Positions 55,945 through 61,653 of a stretch of 61,653 bases of DNA are shown piece by piece; positions within the stretch are counted from its first letter, which is position 1, and the number at the start of each line of letters is the position of its first letter. This DNA is from Actinomycetota bacterium (lineage in GTDB: Bacteria > Actinomycetota > Coriobacteriia > Anaerosomatales > PHET01), in assembly GCA_037445775.1 (NCBI GenBank), contig JBBIJX010000005.1, positions 1 to 61,653 of the forward strand, written 5' to 3'. Under the pieces are notes generated by a model, which saw only the letters and a list, made by a program, of their open reading frames with translations, did no database searches and was not told the origin of the DNA. The position numbers and the translations under genes are program-made.

Positions 55945-56769
55945 CTAGGTTGTTCGAATGAATGAGAGCAACGCCTGAACCCGCTCGTAGGCGTCGCGCT
56001 TCACAAGTTCCGCTTCTTCGCCTTGAAGCTCAAGGAAGCCGGCGACAGAGGCGGGACCGAAATGGTCCGGTGATGCGTACTTGGTCTCCAGTACCCCCGC
56101 AGCCTCGACGACCAGACCGTGGGCGAGTAGCCCCTCGAACTCAGCGGCGATGGCGTTCACTCCACCCGGGTAGTTCGACAGCGTGAACCAGATGTCGTAG
56201 GCGTCCTTCTCCTTGATGCGCATGTTGAGGGCTGCGCTCTTCATCACGATGTAAGGAACGACTCCGGCGACCCTCACCGCCACAGAGTCCAGCGTACCGT
56301 CAGGCAGCCGAGCCTTCACCTCACGCTCAACGGTCTGCCCGAAGAGGAGATCCACACCTCGTGCCTTGCGTGGCTTCAGGTCCTGAACCTGCTGTGTCCT
56401 CCGGCTCTTGCCTCGGCCACCGTACTCTCCAGCAATGAAGTCCACCTCCACCACAACGGGACCACCGGCGACTTCCACCACGCGGTGCCAGATGAACGGC
56501 TGCCCCTCGTCCTGTTGGTAGCCATGGAAAACAAGCGTCTCTGAGATTCGAGAGTAGGCGACGTCATTCGTGGCAAGGTGATTGAGCGCGACGTCGACAT
56601 CGGTACTCCCGACGTGTCCGGTGCTTTCGGGCATCAGGAGCGGCGGCACCCATCCGCCGACGACCGCCATGTTGTCACGATACTCGCCAAGGATGTGCAC
56701 AAGCTCAACCAGAACCGACTTGGCAGCCTCAACTTCATCAGGCGGGTAGTCTGCGGCGCTCTTCACCAC
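55945..56769 (-). CDS. Nucleotidyltransferase toxin of a type IV (AbiE-like) TA pair
   Basis: VVGGW..H.GSTDVDV, EVDF, MK..R.KEKDAYDI; overlaps the upstream antitoxin. Confidence 0.72.
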   Translation of the reverse strand: MVKSAADYPPDEVEAAKSVLVELVHILGEYRDNMAVVGGWVPPLLMPESTGHVGSTDVDVALNHLATNDVAYSRISETLVFHGYQQDEGQPFIWHRVVEVAGGPVVVEVDFIAGEYGGRGKSRRTQQVQDLKPRKARGVDLLFGQTVEREVKARLPDGTLDSVAVRVAGVVPYIVMKSAALNMRIKEKDAYDIWFTLSNYPGGVNAIAAEFEGLLAHGLVVEAAGVLETKYASPDHFGPASVAGFLELQGEEAELVKRDAYERVQALLSFIRTT

Positions 56770-57842
56770 GACGGCCTCAGCTCTCTGATGAGCACCTCTT
56801 CAGCAGCCTCTTCACCGCGTCCAGGCGTCGATGCCAAGTCGAGATACAGCTGCACAGGTGACGCCACTCGCTTCCCGTGGAGAACGCGAGCACCCAGAAA
56901 GATGCCCTCGTCATGCGGCTTCAACAGCAAAAAATTGCCGCCGCTCTCAACGGTCTTGAGCTCCGCGCCGACCGCAGCTGCCTCAAGTCTCGACTCCACA
57001 TAGACCGTTGAACGGCTGTATCTCACTCGGGGAGACGACATGCGAGCGCCCGAGAAGCCTGTCAGCGCGTATCGCACCTGCTCCCTCGCGCACCAATCTG
57101 CAACGGCTGACTCCGCGTTATCGGCGCTGGCCATCGTGTAGTACTCACCAACGGCGTTGTCTCGGTATGAATAGGCCTGCGCCCACTCCATCAGCACCCG
57201 CTCAGGATCGGCAAGCAGGACGCCGTCATCGGTGGTGCGAATCCATTCCCGTTCCTCGAGTTCCTTCTTCACTTTCGAGACGAGACCGAGACTCACATCG
57301 GCGGCGCTGGCAAGCTGCTGAACCTTCCATGGCCGTGATTCGCCCAGCATCAGACGAATGATGCGCGACGACTTCGGTGAGAACAGCGACGCTCGACTTC
57401 GTCGCTCCTTGTAAGTGTTCTCTGGCGACACCTTCTCGAGATAGGCATCCCTGAACTCAAGCCTGCAGTTGCCAACCAGGTCGAGGTATCCGGTCCCGGC
57501 CTCTCGACAGATCCGGGCACTTGCCTCAGATATGTACGGGGCAGTTACACAGGGATACGCGGCGCTCACCTGAGAGTCGGAAAGCATCCGTCTGAGTTCG
57601 TCGATCGCCTCTCGCGTGCGACGGGGCTGGCCACTCGACTTGGCCTCCACGAGCAGCTTCTCTCTTCGACCCAGAATCGTTACGTCCACGATCAGGTCCG
57701 CAGTCATGCCGTTCGCCAAGCGCACATCGCGTTCCACCCGACCGATCTCGGAACGCGGTGCGCCTGCAACGCAGCGCTCGAGTGCATCGGTGAACCGTGA
57801 GATGAGTTCTGGTTCTTTCACTAGAATCGACCTTTTCACCAT
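56763..57842 (-). CDS. Type IV TA antitoxin, AbiEi_2-like
   Basis: ADL..LLVEAK, APYISE, YLDLVGN, HTH (LASAADVSLGLVSKV), YALTGFSGA, SPVQLYLDL, RGEEAA. Confidence 0.75.
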   Translation of the reverse strand: MVKRSILVKEPELISRFTDALERCVAGAPRSEIGRVERDVRLANGMTADLIVDVTILGRREKLLVEAKSSGQPRRTREAIDELRRMLSDSQVSAAYPCVTAPYISEASARICREAGTGYLDLVGNCRLEFRDAYLEKVSPENTYKERRSRASLFSPKSSRIIRLMLGESRPWKVQQLASAADVSLGLVSKVKKELEEREWIRTTDDGVLLADPERVLMEWAQAYSYRDNAVGEYYTMASADNAESAVADWCAREQVRYALTGFSGARMSSPRVRYSRSTVYVESRLEAAAVGAELKTVESGGNFLLLKPHDEGIFLGARVLHGKRVASPVQLYLDLASTPGRGEEAAEEVLIRELRPSW

Positions 57843-57851
57843 TCGGTGAAA
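57834..57851. promoter_or_regulatory. Palindrome over the antitoxin start (putative autoregulatory operator)
   Basis: TTTCACC-attc-GGTGAAA. Confidence 0.55.
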
Positions 57852-57923
57852 CTAACCATATCAATGAAAGAACCGCCCGTCAACGCGCAAACCATCACGA
57901 AGCATGACCTGCCTATTGAGTCC

Positions 57924-58322
57924 TCAAGTCGCAGCCTCGTCGGTCGCTCGCCGGTAGCCCCGGAGCAGCCGCCGCGACCAGCGTTCGAGCCGCGCCTGCA
58001 CCTTGGGCGACCGGTGCTCCCAACGGTCGATGCCTTGCCAATGCCACACGTGGCCCACCACCCCGTGGGCGATCGTGTCTTGCGTGGCGTGCAGCGCCTC
58101 GCCCAGCGCGACGAGGTCTCTCGCGCGAACGGCGCGACGGTAGCGCCTCCACGCAAGCAGCGGGGCCCCCGCGAGCGGCCAGTGATAGCGCCAGTACCGG
58201 GCGCCGGTCCGGGTGACGTCGCAGTCCCAGTTCGCCCGGGCGATCGCCGTTGCGTCTTGCGGCGCGAAGCCCTCATCGAGCGCCCAGTCGCGGGTCAGGT
58301 CGTAGTGAACCTCACGGTTCAC
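57924..58322 (-). CDS. Hypothetical protein with possible zinc-hydrolase motifs
   Basis: HYDLT, N..CD, HW, LGEALHATQDTIAH; directly follows ftsH. Confidence 0.6.
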   Translation of the reverse strand: MNREVHYDLTRDWALDEGFAPQDATAIARANWDCDVTRTGARYWRYHWPLAGAPLLAWRRYRRAVRARDLVALGEALHATQDTIAHGVVGHVWHWQGIDRWEHRSPKVQARLERWSRRLLRGYRRATDEAAT

Positions 58323-58334
58323 GCGCGTGCGCCC

Positions 58335-60326
58335 CTACGCGTTGAGGATGGGCGGCGCAGCCGGCGGCGCCTCGGCATCGTCCGAACCTTCACCGGCATC
58401 GACCGCCTGCGACGCGGCAACGGCCTCTCCAGCCTCTGGCTCATCCGCGTCTGCCGGCGGTTCTTCGGCCGCCATCGCAGCCTTCTGCTCCAGATACTCG
58501 TCCCACCGCCCGTCGAGCAGCGCCTCGAGCTCGTCCTTGTCGACCGTCTCTCGCTCAAGAAGCACCGCAGCCATGAGGTCGAGTTGCTCGCGGCGGTCCG
58601 TGAGGATCTCGCGCGCCCGCTGATAGCCCTCGTCGATGAGGCGCGCGACCTCCTTGTCGATCTCGTACGCGATCTCGGGGCTGTAGTCCGCATTCGCTGA
58701 GAAGTCGCGTCCCAAGAAGACCTCGTGGTTCGCGTCGCCGAACGTTTGCGGCCCGAGCCGCTCGCTCATGCCGTAGCGCATCACCATCGACTTCGCCAGC
58801 TTGGTCGCGCGCTCGATATCGTTGGCCGCACCGGTGGTGACGTCGGCGAACACGATCTCCTCGGCGGCGCGACCGCCAAGCATCATCGCGATCTCGTCGA
58901 GCATCTCGCCCTTCGTCGCGCTGTACTTGTCCTCCGTGGGCAGCGACATCGTGTAGCCGAGCGCCCGCCCGCGCGGGATGATCGTCACCTTGTGGATGGG
59001 GTCGGTCTTGGGCAGGACGTGCCCAACGATGGCGTGTCCCGACTCATGGTAGGCGGTGTTTCGCCGCTCGTCTTCGGACATGACGCGGCTCTTGCGCTCC
59101 GGCCCGGCGACGACGCGGTCGATGCCCTCCTCCATCTCCGCCATGTCGATGCGCTTCTTGCCGTGACGCGCGGCGAGCAACGCGGCCTCGTTGATGAGGT
59201 TCGCGAGGTCCGCTCCGGTGAAGCCGGGCGTGCGGCGCGCGAGCACCTCGAGGTCGACGTCGTCGGTGAGCGGCTTGCCCCGCGCGTGCACCTTCAGGAT
59301 GCCGTGACGGCCCTTGAGGTCCGGCCGGTCCACGACGACCTGCCGGTCGAAGCGGCCGGGACGGAGCAGCGCCGGGTCAAGGATATCGGGGCGGTTCGTC
59401 GCCGCGATGAGGATGACGTTGTCCTTGAGGTCGAAACCGTCCATCTCGACGAGCAGCTGGTTGAGCGTCTGCTCGCGCTCGTCGTGCCCGCCGCCCAGGC
59501 CCGCGCCACGCTGGCGGCCCACCGCGTCGATCTCGTCCATGAAGATGATGCAGGGGCTCGCCGCCTTCGCCTGTTCGAACAGGTCGCGAACGCGACTCGC
59601 TCCCACGCCCACGAACATCTCGACGAAGTCCGAGCCCGAGATGGAGAAGAACGGCACCGCGGCCTCACCGGCCACCGCGCGTGCGAGCAGCGTCTTGCCG
59701 GTACCCGGAGGCCCAACGAGCAGCACGCCCTTCGGGATCTTGGCGCCGAGCGCCTGGAACTTCGCAGGGTTGGCGAGGAAATCCTTGATCTCCTCGAGCT
59801 CCTCGATGGCCTCGTCGGCGCCGGCGACATCCTTGAAGGTCACACGCGGGCTGTCGCGCGTCATGCGCTTCACGCGCGCCTTACCGAAGCTCATGACCTT
59901 GGAGTTGCCGCCCTGCATCTGGTTCAAGAAGAAGATCATCACGCCCACGAGCAAGAGGATGGGCAGCAGCGAGGCGAGAATCGACCAGAGCGGGTTCGGC
60001 CCGGAGTTGTTGACCTCGTACGGAGTGTTGTTCGCGAGCGCGAACTCGGTGAACGAGTCGCTGCCGGCCCACGTGGCCGTGTAGCTTTTCGCGTCCTTCT
60101 TGGCCTTCTTGTCCTCGGGTGATCCCCAGTACTCGCCGGTGATCGACCCGTCACGCGTCCAGTAGGTGGACGACTTGATGAGCCCGCCCTTGGCGGACGT
60201 GACGAACTCGCTCGTGGTGAGCTTCTCGGGTCCGGTCGCGCCTCGCGTCATGGAGTCCATGACGACCCAGACGAGCACCCCAAGCAGGATGAGGTAGATT
60301 ACGACCGTTCGGAAGTTCTTGTTCAC
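58335..60326 (-). CDS. ftsH: ATP-dependent zinc metalloprotease
   Basis: 2 [39 protein letters not shown]. Confidence 0.98.
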   Translation of the reverse strand: MNKNFRTVVIYLILLGVLVWVVMDSMTRGATGPEKLTTSEFVTSAKGGLIKSSTYWTRDGSITGEYWGSPEDKKAKKDAKSYTATWAGSDSFTEFALANNTPYEVNNSGPNPLWSILASLLPILLLVGVMIFFLNQMQGGNSKVMSFGKARVKRMTRDSPRVTFKDVAGADEAIEELEEIKDFLANPAKFQALGAKIPKGVLLVGPPGTGKTLLARAVAGEAAVPFFSISGSDFVEMFVGVGASRVRDLFEQAKAASPCIIFMDEIDAVGRQRGAGLGGGHDEREQTLNQLLVEMDGFDLKDNVILIAATNRPDILDPALLRPGRFDRQVVVDRPDLKGRHGILKVHARGKPLTDDVDLEVLARRTPGFTGADLANLINEAALLAARHGKKRIDMAEMEEGIDRVVAGPERKSRVMSEDERRNTAYHESGHAIVGHVLPKTDPIHKVTIIPRGRALGYTMSLPTEDKYSATKGEMLDEIAMMLGGRAAEEIVFADVTTGAANDIERATKLAKSMVMRYGMSERLGPQTFGDANHEVFLGRDFSANADYSPEIAYEIDKEVARLIDEGYQRAREILTDRREQLDLMAAVLLERETVDKDELEALLDGRWDEYLEQKAAMAAEEPPADADEPEAGEAVAASQAVDAGEGSDDAEAPPAAPPILNA

Positions 60327-60361
60327 GTGATCTTCGCTCCTTGCGTCGCCGACATCCGACG

Positions 60362-60913
60362 TCAGTCCTGGTAGATGTCCTGTCGCAACACGCCTATGTA
60401 GGGCAGGTTGCGATACCGCTCCGCGTAGTCGAGGCCGTAGCCCACGACGAACTCGTCGGGGATGTCGAACCCGACGTACTTGCAGTCGATAGGTACCCGC
60501 TGCTTGCCTTGCTTGCTCAGAAGAGTGACGACCTCGAGCGAGCGGGGCTTGCGCGACGCGAGGTTCTTCAGCAGATACTTCAGCGTGAGTCCGGTGTCCA
60601 GGATGTCCTCGACCACGAGCACGTGGCGCCCCTCGATACCCTCGTCGAGATCCTTGAGGATGCGCACGACGCCAGACGTCTTCGTCGACGAGCCGTAGCT
60701 CGAGACCGCCATGAAGTCGATCTCCACCGGTGAAGTCATCTCACGCGACAGATCCGCCACGAACAGCGCGGCGCCGCGCAGCACCGTGACAAGCAACACC
60801 GGCTCGCCGCCGTAGTCGCGGCTGATGGCATCTCCGAGCTCCGCGACGCGCGCGCGGATCTCCTCCTCCGAGAGGACTACCCGCTCGATGTCGGTGTGTA
60901 TCGAGTCGCTCAC
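60362..60913 (-). CDS. hpt: Hypoxanthine phosphoribosyltransferase
   Basis: [32 protein letters not shown]; GTG start 60913. Confidence 0.96.
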   Translation of the reverse strand: MSDSIHTDIERVVLSEEEIRARVAELGDAISRDYGGEPVLLVTVLRGAALFVADLSREMTSPVEIDFMAVSSYGSSTKTSGVVRILKDLDEGIEGRHVLVVEDILDTGLTLKYLLKNLASRKPRSLEVVTLLSKQGKQRVPIDCKYVGFDIPDEFVVGYGLDYAERYRNLPYIGVLRQDIYQD

Positions 60914-61653
60914 GCACCCGCTCCCGTCGTCGTGCCCGATTCCGTCGCCTCGCCCGCCTTCCACGTGACACGCACGGAGCGCCTTGTCTCCGGCGTCACG
61001 CGGTACTCCTCACTCATCCGCACGCCGGCGAGCCACACGATGCGTTCGCCGTCGCGCACCACCGGACGCATTCGCCGCAGCCGCTTCGGCACCTTCGCGT
61101 CAATCAGCAGGTCAGAGAGCTTCCGGCTCCCATCCATGCCGAACGGGCGCATCCGATCGCCGTCACGTAACGCGTCCACCACAAGCGCCCCGGACGTCCG
61201 GCCCGCGTCGATCACGATGGAGTGGGCCGTGCCCGACGTGTCGTCCGTCCCGGTCTCTTCAGCGAATACCTCACCAGCAGCGCCGAGGTCCGCGTGTCCA
61301 GGAAGTGTGAGCAGGGCCGGTTGCAGACACGGCGCCTCAGCGTCCGCGTATGAGACGACCAGTGTAGCGTATTCGGTGCGCGCGCTGAGACCGCCCGGCA
61401 GGTCGCGCGCGAAGGCGTCAGACGCGAGTCCCGTGACGAGCGCATCCACATGCGCGGCTTCGATCCGCGACGCCTCGGGGAACGCCTCGATGAGCGCCGC
61501 ACGCATGACGCGGCGCGCCATCGTGCGCTCGAGCGTGCGCATGCACTCACGCTCGAAGCGCACCTCGCCCGGGGCGATCTCGGCGAAACCCCGCACGAAC
61601 CCGTCGGCCATGCGCGCGAGCAGCGCGTCGTCGTCGCCGAGGAGGTCCATGGT
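60910..61653 (-). CDS. tilS: tRNA(Ile)-lysidine synthetase, C-terminal part (5' end outside the window)
   Basis: TilS_C motifs [31 protein letters not shown]; tilS-hpt-ftsH synteny. Confidence 0.88.
   Translation of the reverse strand, partial: TMDLLGDDDALLARMADGFVRGFAEIAPGEVRFERECMRTLERTMARRVMRAALIEAFPEASRIEAAHVDALVTGLASDAFARDLPGGLSARTEYATLVVSYADAEAPCLQPALLTLPGHADLGAAGEVFAEETGTDDTSGTAHSIVIDAGRTSGALVVDALRDGDRMRPFGMDGSRKLSDLLIDAKVPKRLRRMRPVVRDGERIVWLAGVRMSEEYRVTPETRRSVRVTWKAGEATESGTTTGAGA

Noticed and set aside
55879-55950. CTAGGT repeated near the NTase toxin stop as another gene-end duplication
   Set aside because: Only 6 bp; expected by chance.

Overview
High-GC bacterial chromosomal segment. 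An anaerobic actinobacterium, possibly Coriobacteriia, is inferred from the tilS-hpt-ftsH-folE-folP-folK-panBC order, AhbD and a CxxxY-type CcmE. The mostly minus-strand backbone encodes cofactor metabolism: heme (hemA, C, D, B, L, ahbD), cytochrome c maturation (ccmEFABCD plus a CcsA/HemX-like gene), CoA/pantothenate, NAD, biotin and folate, with tRNA-Ala(CGC). Accessory blocks interrupt it: (i) the 5' end of a group IIC intron just behind the hemL terminator at the left edge; (ii) a UbiA/O-antigen-ligase/epimerase/flippase glycosylation cassette; (iii) AAA-DUF4143 and AlbA_2 genes; (iv) an NgoMIV-like R-M system with an internally deleted vsr next to yefM-yoeB; (v) about 16 kb with a Tad pilus cluster, an NHL-repeat surface protein, a GAF/NarL two-component system and a type IV TA pair. 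Three signals are least explained. Integrase-free cassettes are bounded by direct repeats that copy a neighbouring gene's last codons and stop. A perfect LexA box sits inside the R-M promoter. A GTTCAGGCAA element lies at the predicted +1 of both the hemA and ccm operons, within a pseudoknot-like hemA leader. All calls come from reading the sequence and recalling family motifs; no searches were run.
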